DNA of 64,000 bases from an uncultured archaeon (GCA_964534625.1 CAZHRF010000001.1:1-64000); one strand, 5' to 3'; positions 1 to 10,297 are shown, numbered from the stretch's first letter. Numbers and translations are program-made. The notes: generated by a model from the letters alone, not told the origin.

Positions 1-6
1 TTTTTT

Positions 7-28
7 TTCCAGTTGAAGTAAACGGGTG
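7..28 (+). promoter_or_regulatory. ORB-like (Orc1/Cdc6-binding) motif
   Basis: TTCCAGTTGAAGTAAACGGGTG resembles the archaeal ORB consensus TCCAGTGGAAA..AAGGGG; at the window edge, upstream context missing. Confidence 0.4.
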
Positions 29-89
29 TGTCTGTTTTCATTTATGACTAAGTTTAAAACTAAACAATTTCATTCATGTTTGGTTAAAA

Positions 90-368
90 ATGACAAATCG
101 TGTTCATTTATGTATAAAATGTGGAAGACCTATACAAAATGTTGGTTATTGTTCTGACTGTGCTTCTGAGGTCTCTATTGGTATTTATAATCGTTGTACA
201 TTCTGTGGTAAAAGTTCTTTAATGTCTCCTCTTGCATTTAATAAAAAAACAAAGAAAGTTTATTGTAAGACATGTTTGAATGTTTTTGTTCAAGGGTTGA
301 AAAATAACGATATTCCTGATCAACACATTAAAAAAATAATTGACCATGATTTTATTCCTGTAAAATAG
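90..368 (+). CDS. small Zn-finger hypothetical protein
   Basis: 92 aa with four CxxC pairs (CIKC, CSDC, CTFC, CKTC). Confidence 0.7.
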   Translation: MTNRVHLCIKCGRPIQNVGYCSDCASEVSIGIYNRCTFCGKSSLMSPLAFNKKTKKVYCKTCLNVFVQGLKNNDIPDQHIKKIIDHDFIPVK

Positions 369-383
369 TATTATTTTGATTTA

Positions 384-2150
384 TTATTCTATTCCATTTA
401 GTGACCAATTATTCCCCGTAATTTGTAAAATGATACTCCATATAAGTGTTAATATTAAGTTCAGTATTATTATTTTATTGTGGTTTGTTTTTTGAATGAT
501 AAAGAATTTTGTGATTATATATCCACAGTACATCCCAATTATTGTACCTGGCATTGTATGACAAAATAAGGCTGTTAAGAATATCTTTGAAATTTTCTTT
601 TTGTTTATTCCTACTTTTATTAATATCTTAATATCCTCTTCATATTCTCGAATATACATAATTCCAAAATATATTATTTTAAATGAAATAACTATGTATA
701 TTAGCGAATTTGTTATTGTATAAACATTTTGGATTCCTACTAACTCCTTATTATTTTCTATTTCATATGTTATTTTTTCCATCGTATAATTATATTGTTG
801 GATAAGTTTTATTATTTCATTATCGTTTGATAAATTTTCTACAGGTATTGTTATTATATTTGGATTTTTAGTAATATTATTTTGAATAAACGTGTTAAAC
901 TTTCCATATATACAGAAACCACCAGAAAATACATTATTTGTTATTCCTGTTATTTTGTATTCTTTATTTTCAAAAACTATTTTTTGAAGAAAACTGTTTT
1001 GTATAAAATATTTGTCTATAGAATCTCCAATTAGTATTTCATTTATTTTTTGTGGTACTTCTCCATCGATTCTTTCTATCTGTTTAAATTGGTCTTGCTG
1101 TATTCCTAATATTGTGATATAAAAGGATCTGTTTTTTCCTATCGATTTGTAGCTATTCACATCTATTTCATAGTATGTTTTTTCCTTTCCATATACTCTT
1201 GAAATGTAATTTTTATTGAAATTTTGATTGATTTTTTCTAATGATTGAATAAATGTTTCTGCCAACATTCCTTGATATGTTCCATTAATATTACTTGATT
1301 CATTGAAGTATTGATTAATATTTACTTGTTTTTGATAATACTTAACTACATCGTATTCTCCTATTATATAATAACTTAAATCCTTTTTTTGATAATGCGT
1401 ATTATAATTGTTATTTATCAATAATGGCGCTGTAATACATATTAATAATGATGTTACAATAATTATTGTAAAGATTAATGATTTTCTTATCTCACTTGAT
1501 CGTAAGAAATTTTTCATTCCTACTTTCATTGTTGTAGGTATTTTTCCAATTATACCTTCAAATTCAATTATACTCTTATATTTTGATATATTTTTAGAAG
1601 ATTTCTCAAAATCTTCTTCCTTAATATGTCCAATCACTTGATTATGTGCTATAAAACAATAAATCAAGAAAATAGTTAAATTGCTTCCTAAAACTACTGG
1701 TAATGAAATTAATCCAACGTATTTGATAAAACCAAAAATCCCATATATTATCACTATAGTTATCATTCCCGTAATTATTCCTAGTATTAGCGTTATACTT
1801 GCATTTATTATATGATTTAATATCATGTAACTGTAAATCCATTTATCTTTACCCCCAATATTTTTCATAATTTTCATATCTTGTTTTTCAACATTATATC
1901 TTTGTTCCACTCCTTTAATTGTTGCTATAATTCCTGATATTATAGCTATAGTGATAATAACTAACGAACCATATTGATATAATCTAAAAAAAGTATAATT
2001 TATTCGTTGATAAAAATAATTTTTGAGTAAGAAATAAGATCCAATACTCATAGTTACTAATGCATATGATAAAATTTGATTGATGAAAACAAGAATAGAT
2101 GGAATAGTTGTCCTCTTGAAATTCTTCCAAGCAAAATTAAATTGATTAAT
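384..2150 (-). CDS. ABC transporter permease, FtsX/MacB-like
   Basis: Two TM clusters flanking an extracellular domain; directly downstream of an ABC ATPase. Frame stays open 33 codons upstream of the ATG at 2051 (INQFNFAWKNFKRT...), so probable start is ATT at 2150. Confidence 0.8.
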   Translation of the reverse strand: MNQFNFAWKNFKRTTIPSILVFINQILSYALVTMSIGSYFLLKNYFYQRINYTFFRLYQYGSLVIITIAIISGIIATIKGVEQRYNVEKQDMKIMKNIGGKDKWIYSYMILNHIINASITLILGIITGMITIVIIYGIFGFIKYVGLISLPVVLGSNLTIFLIYCFIAHNQVIGHIKEEDFEKSSKNISKYKSIIEFEGIIGKIPTTMKVGMKNFLRSSEIRKSLIFTIIIVTSLLICITAPLLINNNYNTHYQKKDLSYYIIGEYDVVKYYQKQVNINQYFNESSNINGTYQGMLAETFIQSLEKINQNFNKNYISRVYGKEKTYYEIDVNSYKSIGKNRSFYITILGIQQDQFKQIERIDGEVPQKINEILIGDSIDKYFIQNSFLQKIVFENKEYKITGITNNVFSGGFCIYGKFNTFIQNNITKNPNIITIPVENLSNDNEIIKLIQQYNYTMEKITYEIENNKELVGIQNVYTITNSLIYIVISFKIIYFGIMYIREYEEDIKILIKVGINKKKISKIFLTALFCHTMPGTIIGMYCGYIITKFFIIQKTNHNKIIILNLILTLIWSIILQITGNNWSLNGIE

Positions 2151-2958
2151 TTTCCTTCTCCTCCTCTTGTTCTAATATATTATTGAATAAAATCTCTTCT
2201 TCAGTCAATGTGTTAATGTATAAATCTTTTGCATTTATTGGTCTATACTTAATTTTGTTAGTTTTTTTTCTTCCAGGATTGTTCTCTTTTAAGTCTATCT
2301 TTTTATTTTTAACCTCATATATTTTTGTTGCTATATCTATAAATTTTGGATCATGTGATGCTATTATTATCGTAATATCTGTTTGTTGATATAGCTCGTA
2401 GATTTTTTTACAAATTTTACTTGAGGTTTCCCAATCTAAATTGGCTGTTGGCTCATCTAAAACCAATATATATGGCTTATTAACTAATGCTCTTGCTATG
2501 GCTACCCTTTTTTTTTCTCCCGCGCTTAATTGTTCTGGAAAACTATTTTTTCTTTCTTCTATGTCAAATTTATGAAGAATTTCATCTATTTTGTTTTTTT
2601 CATGTTCTCCTTCATTTATTAATTCTTGAAATAATATTAGATTTTCATACACTGTTAATGTAGATATGAGATTTTTATCTTGAAAACTAATACCAAAATA
2701 TTTTGATCTTACATTTAATCTTTCTTCTTTCGCCAATAAACCCAAATCTAACCCTACTACTTTAACTTCACCTGTGGTTGGCTCACTTAATCCTGTTATG
2801 AGATTGATTAAGGTTGTCTTTCCGCTTCCACTTGGTCCATAGAATAAGACTAGTTCGTCTCTTTCTATTGATAGATTTATGTTTTCTAGTACTTTTATTT
2901 TTTCCCAAAATAATTGAAATATCTTTGATAGATTTTTTATTTCAATTACAGTTTCCAT
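2146..2958 (-). CDS. ABC transporter ATP-binding protein, LolD/MacB-type
   Basis: Walker A GPSGSGKT, signature LSAGE, Walker B LVLDEPTANLD, H-loop SHD. Confidence 0.95.
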   Translation of the reverse strand: METVIEIKNLSKIFQLFWEKIKVLENINLSIERDELVLFYGPSGSGKTTLINLITGLSEPTTGEVKVVGLDLGLLAKEERLNVRSKYFGISFQDKNLISTLTVYENLILFQELINEGEHEKNKIDEILHKFDIEERKNSFPEQLSAGEKKRVAIARALVNKPYILVLDEPTANLDWETSSKICKKIYELYQQTDITIIIASHDPKFIDIATKIYEVKNKKIDLKENNPGRKKTNKIKYRPINAKDLYINTLTEEEILFNNILEQEEEKEN

Positions 2959-3187
2959 ATTTTGTTTTTTTTTTATATATCTATTAGTATTTCGAATTAA
3001 CTTGTTGTCATCTCTATTTTTTCTTTATATCAAAATAGCTCTTTTTATTCTTAATACAATGCTCTTTCATATATTCATTCACATAATGGAAACCATTCTT
3101 GAATTTTTTTATCTTTTAATCAAACTGAAATTCTATAAATAGTTAATTCTCATTTACTTTTACATTATCATGTTATTATACTTTTAA

Positions 3188-3294
3188 TTGTTCACAATTT
3201 CTTTTTTATTTGTGAATGCTCCCAATCTTTATTTTGTTTATTTTCGTTTCTTTCTCCTCTAAATCGTTTTTTGTTTGTTCACAATTTCTTTTTT
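3188..3294 (+). repeat. 20-bp direct repeat in origin region
   Basis: TTGTTCACAATTTCTTTTTT at 3188-3207 and 3275-3294. Confidence 0.9.
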
Positions 3295-3322
3295 CCCGTT
3301 TAATCGTGTTCTTTTATCTTTT

Positions 3323-3342
3323 TTCCAGTGGAAATGGAGGGG
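3323..3342 (+). promoter_or_regulatory. origin recognition box (ORB) with G-string
   Basis: TTCCAGTGGAAATGGAGGGG: TTCCAgTGGAA palindrome followed by a G-string, the established archaeal ORB. Confidence 0.85.
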
Positions 3343-3776
3343 TCTTTTTTTTAATTGTGAATGAGTGAACCCATTCTTTTAAATATTCTTTTAACCTATG
3401 TATTTTTGTCGGTTTTATTTTAATTAATTATATGTTGTGAATATATGTTATTACCGTAAATACATTTCATTCACAATTTTTTTTCGTCGGGACTCTTAAT
3501 TGGAATAGTTATTCTATTTTTTTTTTGCCTTATTGTGAAGCAATTGTGAATTTGTTTATACTGTGAATGATGTAATACCCAATATATGTATTTATATATT
3601 GATATATATATTATTTATAAATACCACTTTTAGTATTTTTTTTGTAAAAATCACTGAAAGATTGTAATTATGTTATAAATTACTGATCACAAGAGTAACT
3701 TGTCAAAATTAAAGTTATTAACACAACATAATTAAACGATTATCATAAGCTTTTTTTAGAAATAGTTTAAGGATGC

Positions 3777-4208
3777 ATGATAATTATGCCAGCAAATCCC
3801 AATAGAGAATTTCTTTTAGAATTAGGCACGTTATTGAACAAGAGAGTTAGAGTGATACTTGATAATGGTCGTAATTACAAAGGTATTTTACGTGGAATTC
3901 AAGATAGTTCATTAAACTTAGTATTAGCTGATGCTCAGTCAGATGATGGAGATCATTTTCGAGTATTTCTTACAGGACATAATATTTGCGAGATTACACT
4001 TGCAGAAGAACCATTTGATCTTGCTGGTCTTGCAAAAGAACTTGCACAACAATTTCAATTACATAACGTAAAAGTAGTAGAAGAAGCAGGTATAATCCGG
4101 GTATTGGATCGATTTACTGTTAGCGAAGAGGGAGTACAAGGCAGTGGTCCTATAGCTGAAAAGATAAAGAAAATATTCTATAAATATAAAGCAGAACAAG
4201 AAGAATAA
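3777..4208 (+). CDS. Sm/Lsm family RNA-binding protein with C-terminal extension (SmAP3-like)
   Basis: Sm1 motif LLNKRVRVILDNGRNYKGILRGIQDSSLNLVLADA, Sm2 VFLTGHNI, ~65-aa extra C-domain. Confidence 0.88.
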   Translation: MIIMPANPNREFLLELGTLLNKRVRVILDNGRNYKGILRGIQDSSLNLVLADAQSDDGDHFRVFLTGHNICEITLAEEPFDLAGLAKELAQQFQLHNVKVVEEAGIIRVLDRFTVSEEGVQGSGPIAEKIKKIFYKYKAEQEE

Positions 4209-4240
4209 CTATCTCTTTTCTTTTTTTTTGTATTTATCAA

Positions 4241-5791
4241 GTGATTTTTATGTTAGAGACGCTCGAAACTGATTTAAATGGTCGTATTGCAAGATACTAT
4301 CTACCTAGAGGTACTGTAGAAACGCCCACTATCCTTCCCGTACTTGATCCACGAAACAACCATGTACCTCCAAATGAGATTAAGGAAAAATTTGGTTTTA
4401 ACTTTATAATAACAAGTGCCTATTTATTCTTAAAACGATATGGAAAACCACAAGGCGACAAAAATATTCATCAGATAATGGATTTTGAGGGAAATATAAT
4501 GATGGATAGCGGTGCCTATCAAATTTTAGCTTATGGAGATGTTGAAGTAAAACCTATGGAATCCCTTCAGATACAAACTATATTGAAACCAGATGTTGGT
4601 GTTATTCTTGATGTACCTACTCCCCCCTCAGATAGTTATTTACAAGCAAAAGATAAGACAATTGAAACTGTAAAAAGAGTGAAACTAGCGTTAGATTATA
4701 TTAGTAATAATAAAGAAATCATTTGGACCCTGCCTATTCAAGGTGGTCAATATACAAATTTGATTCTAGAGTATATTAATGAAATTAAGAGTAATAATTA
4801 CTTACCGTATTTTAACTTCCATGCTCTAGGAAGTGTCGCCCCATTAATGTCAAACTATGAGTATCGCACTTTATTTGAGATGATTTATACTACAAGGAGA
4901 AATTTACCTAAAAATATTCCTTTACATTTATTTGGTGCAGGGCATCCCATGGTTTTTCCTTTCATCGTTGCTTTAGGGTGTGATACATTTGATAGTGCAG
5001 CATATGTGCTATTTGGAAAAAGTAGAAGATATATGACAATCAATAGCACATATCAGTTTGAAGATTTGGAAGAATTTCCTTGTAGTTGTAAAGTATGTAC
5101 CGATTGGACACCAAAAGAACTTAGAAAAGAAAGTGAAGATGAAATCACTAGACAACTAGCTCTTCATAACTTATATATCACAAAGCAAGAGCTTAATAAT
5201 GTTAAAAATGCTATTAGAAGAGGTGCATTATGGGAATTACTAGAACAAAGAGCTCTTTCACATCCAAAATTATATGAAGGGTTTATATGGATTCTTAATA
5301 ACATAAAAAATGACTTTTTAGAAGAGAACACACAAATCACAAAAACTTTTGGATTAAAGTTATTTAATACTTATTCATTTAGAAGACCTGAATTGACAAA
5401 AGCTAGAAATAAAGTAGTTGAAAATTATTCTCAAAAAAACAAAAATATCGTTTTAATTATTATATCAGGAGACCCAAATCCCATAATAAAAATAAAACAA
5501 GATCAGCAGATAATGGAATACATAAGTGATTATTGTACTGAAAAAGATATTTTCATATTAATACCTTACCTAGGAATAATTCCCGTGGGTTTAATTGAAA
5601 CTTATCCTTTTACCCAATCTATCTTTTCAGGAATAATTACTAATGAATTAATTGATAATGTTATAGAAAATGCAACCCAATTTATTATGAAAAATAATTA
5701 CCAAAAAATAGAAATACTGAATAAAGACCAAAAAAACATTTCAAATAGCATATTTAATAAAATTAAAAATAGTTTAGAAGATTTATTCTAA
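4241..5791 (+). CDS. tgtA: archaeosine tRNA-guanine transglycosylase
   Basis: MMDSGAYQ, HLFGAGHP, FDSAAY, Zn site CSCKVC...LALHN. Confidence 0.93.
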   Translation: MIFMLETLETDLNGRIARYYLPRGTVETPTILPVLDPRNNHVPPNEIKEKFGFNFIITSAYLFLKRYGKPQGDKNIHQIMDFEGNIMMDSGAYQILAYGDVEVKPMESLQIQTILKPDVGVILDVPTPPSDSYLQAKDKTIETVKRVKLALDYISNNKEIIWTLPIQGGQYTNLILEYINEIKSNNYLPYFNFHALGSVAPLMSNYEYRTLFEMIYTTRRNLPKNIPLHLFGAGHPMVFPFIVALGCDTFDSAAYVLFGKSRRYMTINSTYQFEDLEEFPCSCKVCTDWTPKELRKESEDEITRQLALHNLYITKQELNNVKNAIRRGALWELLEQRALSHPKLYEGFIWILNNIKNDFLEENTQITKTFGLKLFNTYSFRRPELTKARNKVVENYSQKNKNIVLIIISGDPNPIIKIKQDQQIMEYISDYCTEKDIFILIPYLGIIPVGLIETYPFTQSIFSGIITNELIDNVIENATQFIMKNNYQKIEILNKDQKNISNSIFNKIKNSLEDLF

Positions 5792-5911
5792 TACAAAAGG
5801 GCTTTGAAAGTTAATAAAATTTAGCAGAAATACTTCAATTAATGCTTATCTTTTTCCAGTTGTAAAATATTTAATATATCTTGAGAATTTATTTTAATCC
5901 CTTGTTAAATG

Positions 5912-6253
5912 TTAAAGGATATTTTTTATTTTTTTTAATTCCTTCTTTCTTCTTTCTAGTTTACTAACCGTATTTCCTATTTTAATTCTATTCTCTATGT
6001 TATCTGGAACTTTTTTTCCTATATAATTATTATATTTATACTCTGGTTCTGTTCTTAAATAGTAATATGGTCCATGATAATACTCCTTTCCTTTTCTACA
6101 TTTACAGTTTTTTTTCCCACATCTGATCCATTTTTCTGATATAAAACCAAATATTGGTTCTTTTTTCATAAGTATCTCAATTCTTATCTCAATTTTTTTG
6201 ATTTCTTTTTGAATCATTTTCTTATCCAGTATTATTTCTTTCATAACTGACAA
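5912..6253 (-). CDS. small basic Zn-binding protein (DUF6788-like)
   Basis: RCGKKNCKC...HGPYYY motif. Confidence 0.7.
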   Translation of the reverse strand: MSVMKEIILDKKMIQKEIKKIEIRIEILMKKEPIFGFISEKWIRCGKKNCKCRKGKEYYHGPYYYLRTEPEYKYNNYIGKKVPDNIENRIKIGNTVSKLERRKKELKKIKNIL

Positions 6254-6362
6254 GTATATATACTAATTTCAACATAAAAGACTTAGATATTATTGTGATA
6301 TTTTCCAGATTATATCACTATATTTAATTTAATAATTAATACTCAGTATAGAACGTGATATT

Positions 6363-6686
6363 ATGCGTCAAGATAAAGAATTAACAGAAAAAAGAGAGAA
6401 AAAAATAACTGAAAGTGAACTCAATCCTGGTATTGTAATAAGTAGCAGGCGGAAGTACATATATTCTGAAGAATCTGATGAAACAATTAAACTAGAGAAA
6501 TTGCTGTTAAATCTTCTTGCAGAGCACGGTCCATTAACACGTAATGAACTTGTTAAGCTAACAAAATTACCTAGATCTACTCTTTATGACAATTTAGTCA
6601 AATTAATTGATAGAGGTTTAGTAAAAAAGGAATCTTTACCGCGAAAAACTCGTGGAAGACCAAAAGTGGTATTTAAACTTAATTAG
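6363..6686 (+). CDS. winged-helix transcriptional regulator (TrmB/ArsR-like)
   Basis: GPLTRNELVKLTKLPRSTLYDNLVKL...GRPKVVF. Confidence 0.85.
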   Translation: MRQDKELTEKREKKITESELNPGIVISSRRKYIYSEESDETIKLEKLLLNLLAEHGPLTRNELVKLTKLPRSTLYDNLVKLIDRGLVKKESLPRKTRGRPKVVFKLN

Positions 6687-6770
6687 TTTGTATTATTTAT
6701 AATGGTTATACTTATCTACATTATGCTAATTTATTAAGTGCACATCTATCGACAAAGTTAAACATTTATC

Positions 6771-8030
6771 TTGTTGTGTAATTTCTGCAGTTATGAGATG
6801 GGTATTATGAATAAAGAATCCGATTCACGTATAGACGCAATTTTTGATAGATATTTAGATGATTCCAATCCAATTTTCATTAAACGTGAGGTTTTAAGTC
6901 CTCATTATGTACCTGAAGTTTTACCCCATCGTGATGATAAGTTTGAAGAATTAGCAAAAATTTTAGGTCCCTCTTTACGTGGGGGAACGCCTAGTAATAT
7001 TTTTATTTATGGAACTACTGGTACTGGAAAAACTGCTGTTTCAAAGTATATTCTTAATATTTTAAGAGATAAAGCTGAATCCCGTGATTTGCCTTTTAAA
7101 TATAGTTTTATGAATTGTCAACATGTTGATACTAAATATCGCGTTTTTTCTCAATTGTGTGAAGATATTGGTATAGATGTACCATTTACTGGTCTTCATT
7201 TCGATATTGTTTATCAAAAATTTAGAGAAGAGTTAGATAATCTTGCAACACTACATGTTGTTGTTTTAGATGAAGTTGATATGCTGTATAATAAAAGCAC
7301 AGATGCATTATATATACTTACAAGAATTAATAGTGACTTAAAACGTTCCCGAGTTAGTATTATAGGGATAACCAATGATGTGAATTTTAAAGATACTCTT
7401 GATCCTAGAATTAGGAGCAGTTTAAGTGAGGAAGAGATTGTTTTTTCTCCATATACAGCTGAACAATTAAAGGACATTTTATCCCAAAGAGCTAATGTTG
7501 CTTTTCGACCTGATGTTTTAGGTTCTGGTGTTATTGGTCTTTGTGCAGCTATAGGTGCTCAACAACACGGAGACGCTCGCAGATCACTTGATCTTTTACG
7601 TGTTGCTGCGGAACTTGCTGAAAGAGATACAAAAACTAGTATTAAAGAGGAACATGTTAGAAAAGCCCAACAAGTTATCGAACGCAATACTGTACATGAG
7701 GTCTTGAAATCGTTACCCATTCAAACTAAGGTTGTTTTACAAGCAATATATCTTGCTGAAGGAAAATATGAAGAAGTGACAACAGGTACTGTTTATGAGC
7801 TATATGAACAAATATGTGGTTTAGTTAGATTAGACCCTTTAACCTCGCGTCGTATAGGCGACTTAATTAACGAACTTGATATGTTGGGTATTCTAAATGC
7901 ACAAGTGATTAGTAAAGGGCGATATGGTAGAACTAAAAAAATTCATATAACCGTTCCTCCTGTTCAAGTTCGAGAAGTTTTAGTTAATGATTTTAGACTT
8001 TCTAAAATTTTTAATAAAGATGAAGTTTAA
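6771..8030 (+). CDS. cdc6: Orc1/Cdc6 replication initiator (Cdc6-1 type)
   Basis: PEVLPHR, Walker A GTTGTGKT, Walker B VVLDEVD, GDARRSLDLL, C-terminal wHTH KGRYGRT; true start may be a downstream ATG. Confidence 0.96.
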   Translation: MLCNFCSYEMGIMNKESDSRIDAIFDRYLDDSNPIFIKREVLSPHYVPEVLPHRDDKFEELAKILGPSLRGGTPSNIFIYGTTGTGKTAVSKYILNILRDKAESRDLPFKYSFMNCQHVDTKYRVFSQLCEDIGIDVPFTGLHFDIVYQKFREELDNLATLHVVVLDEVDMLYNKSTDALYILTRINSDLKRSRVSIIGITNDVNFKDTLDPRIRSSLSEEEIVFSPYTAEQLKDILSQRANVAFRPDVLGSGVIGLCAAIGAQQHGDARRSLDLLRVAAELAERDTKTSIKEEHVRKAQQVIERNTVHEVLKSLPIQTKVVLQAIYLAEGKYEEVTTGTVYELYEQICGLVRLDPLTSRRIGDLINELDMLGILNAQVISKGRYGRTKKIHITVPPVQVREVLVNDFRLSKIFNKDEV

Positions 8031-8261
8031 ACTTAATCATAATATTTTTGAAAAGACTTAAAGAAATGATGTTCCTATCGTAGATTTAATGTAAAATTAA
8101 GAATTAAGTAATTTGAAAAAATAGCTGTTCTGTTTTCCAGTTCTTCAATCCAAAAATAAAAATATCTGTTTATGCTTATTAGACATGGCAATGATATTAC
8201 TAGCCCTTGACTGAGTATCCATTCATGATATAATGATGATGATCTTGAGTATTGAGCCACC

Positions 8262-10247
8262 TTATTCCTTTTTTTGATATCCTTTAAAACTGAATTGCCA
8301 AAACGCGTATCCATCTGAAGCTGATCTTAGGTCATTCGCGACATCTAATGATTTTTTCACGGACATTTCCCCTTCTATGACAGATCGTGATCCTAAATTA
8401 TTTATATTTTCTACCTTACATCTATATTTTTCTGTAATGTTCAATATTTTTCCTAGATAGTGTGTTGGTGTTGTTATAGTATATTCATAAACAGGTTCAT
8501 GAACACATGATCCTCCTTTGACTAATCCTTTATGAATTGCTTTTTTTATTGTTGGTACAACTATTTCATATCTTAAACTATTTTCTTTCAGTTGGCGGAT
8601 ATTTTTTATTTTTACGGTTAAATTTCTAATTGGATATGCACTATCTGCCCCTCTAAAAACTGCATTTTTAAATGCTATTAGAATCATTTCTTTAGTTCTA
8701 CTTTCATATTCTTCATTATCATGTATCAATATATTGTTTCTTTTATCCTTATAGTTGTATTTTTCTATCTTTTGTGGCGTTTTTCTACACTCTAATTCTA
8801 TTTTCATTAATTCTAGACTGTCAACAAATTCTAATTGAACGTTTTCGTTAATCTGCTCAACAAGTGCAACTTCTGGTTCTGATACCTCTAATTCAATACC
8901 TTCTTTTCGTATTTCGTTAATAATTATTTCCAATTGTAGCTCACCAATTCCATATATCTTAATTTGACCTGTATCTCCCTCTATAGAGTATTGAAAATTT
9001 GGTTTAATTAGAGAAAAAACGTCTAATTTTTCTTGTAATTTCGGTATATTTGCAATTTTTAATGGTTCTATTCTTCTTTCTATAACTGGTTCTTGTAAAT
9101 ATGATATCTGCTTAAATTTTATCTGCTTATCTTGGGTGTTTTTTTCAATCAGAGTATCTCCAATTATTACGTCTTTTAAACCAATTAAAGCCCCAATATT
9201 TCCTGCATTAATTTCCTTTGCTGCTATCAATTTTTCCCCTTTATATACTGCTACTTGTAAAACTTTAGCAATTTCATTAGTCCTCTTATTCAATAATTCT
9301 TTTCCAGTTTTAATAGTCCCAGAAAAGACTCTTGCTACAGCTATTATTCCTTTATGTTTTTCATATAACATTTTTCCAATACATAGTATAATCTCATTAT
9401 CTCCATCACATTCTTTAATTTTTTCAAGATTCTTTTCATCTATATATTCTGTAATATAATTTACCCTCATGGTTTGTGCTTCTATTGGATTAGGTATTCT
9501 TTCAATGATAGCTGGCATCATTGTTTTTATTATTTTATATTCTTCTGTCAATTTATTCTGCATATTTTTTTTGTATAATCCAATTATTTCGCTAAATTTT
9601 GGAATATTTTTTTGATAGTTCGCTATAGCCCATCCATCTAATGCAGAACCTATTAAGATTCCACCCGTTTTGAATGATATTTCCCACTTTTGTTTGTATT
9701 CTTCATATATATATTGATTAACTAATTCGTTTACCATCTGTATAATATTTGAAAGTCTTTGTTCTATTTCTTTTTCTTTTAACTTTAATTCATTAATTAA
9801 TCTGTCAATTTTATTTATAAATAAAATTGGTTTCAATCCCTCTCTCATTGCTTGTTTTATCACAGATTCAGTTTGTGCCATTACTCCTTCAACAGAATCC
9901 ACTACAATAATAACCCCATCAACCAACCTTAAGGCTTGAGATACATTACCTGAAAAATCAACATGCCCGGGTGAGTCGACTAGGTTTATTAAATATTTTT
10001 TATTGTAATAATTGTATGTAAAAGAGATATTAGCTGTTTTTATAGTGATTCCTCTCTTTTGTTCCTCTTCAAGATAATCTAAAGCTCTAGCGGTTCCCAC
10101 CATAGTTTTAGATAGTAACCCTCCTGCTTGGAGAAGATGATCAGATAGTGTTGTTTTCCCATGATCAACATGACTTACAATACAAATATTTCGAATGTTT
10201 TTTTTGTCTTTCATTATATTTTGGATTGTTTGAATATATCGACTCAT
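8262..10247 (-). CDS. translation elongation factor EF-2 paralog (aEF-2p-like), no diphthamide motif
   Basis: SHVDHGKT, RGITIK, DSPGHVDF, NKID, GIGELQLE; domain IV lacks HxDxxHRG; only 661 aa. Confidence 0.85.
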   Translation of the reverse strand: MSRYIQTIQNIMKDKKNIRNICIVSHVDHGKTTLSDHLLQAGGLLSKTMVGTARALDYLEEEQKRGITIKTANISFTYNYYNKKYLINLVDSPGHVDFSGNVSQALRLVDGVIIVVDSVEGVMAQTESVIKQAMREGLKPILFINKIDRLINELKLKEKEIEQRLSNIIQMVNELVNQYIYEEYKQKWEISFKTGGILIGSALDGWAIANYQKNIPKFSEIIGLYKKNMQNKLTEEYKIIKTMMPAIIERIPNPIEAQTMRVNYITEYIDEKNLEKIKECDGDNEIILCIGKMLYEKHKGIIAVARVFSGTIKTGKELLNKRTNEIAKVLQVAVYKGEKLIAAKEINAGNIGALIGLKDVIIGDTLIEKNTQDKQIKFKQISYLQEPVIERRIEPLKIANIPKLQEKLDVFSLIKPNFQYSIEGDTGQIKIYGIGELQLEIIINEIRKEGIELEVSEPEVALVEQINENVQLEFVDSLELMKIELECRKTPQKIEKYNYKDKRNNILIHDNEEYESRTKEMILIAFKNAVFRGADSAYPIRNLTVKIKNIRQLKENSLRYEIVVPTIKKAIHKGLVKGGSCVHEPVYEYTITTPTHYLGKILNITEKYRCKVENINNLGSRSVIEGEMSVKKSLDVANDLRSASDGYAFWQFSFKGYQKKE

Positions 10248-10297
10248 TATTTTTAGTTAATCATAATATGTTTAAAGGGTTTTGAAAAATGTCCTAT

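Larger units (their letters stand above)
2960..3776. other. putative chromosomal replication origin (oriC)
   Basis: ~820-bp ORF-free AT-rich gap with a canonical ORB (3323-3342), 10 TGTGAA/TTCACA repeats and a TA-rich tract at ~3580-3622; orc1/cdc6 lies 3 kb downstream. Confidence 0.7.

Noticed and set aside
3070-3570. CRISPR array
   Set aside because: Repeats are short, irregularly spaced and in both orientations; no cas genes
8075-8314. 79-aa ORF or C/D-box sRNA between cdc6 and the EF-2 paralog
   Set aside because: No protein motif; boxes are degenerate and I found no complementary rRNA target
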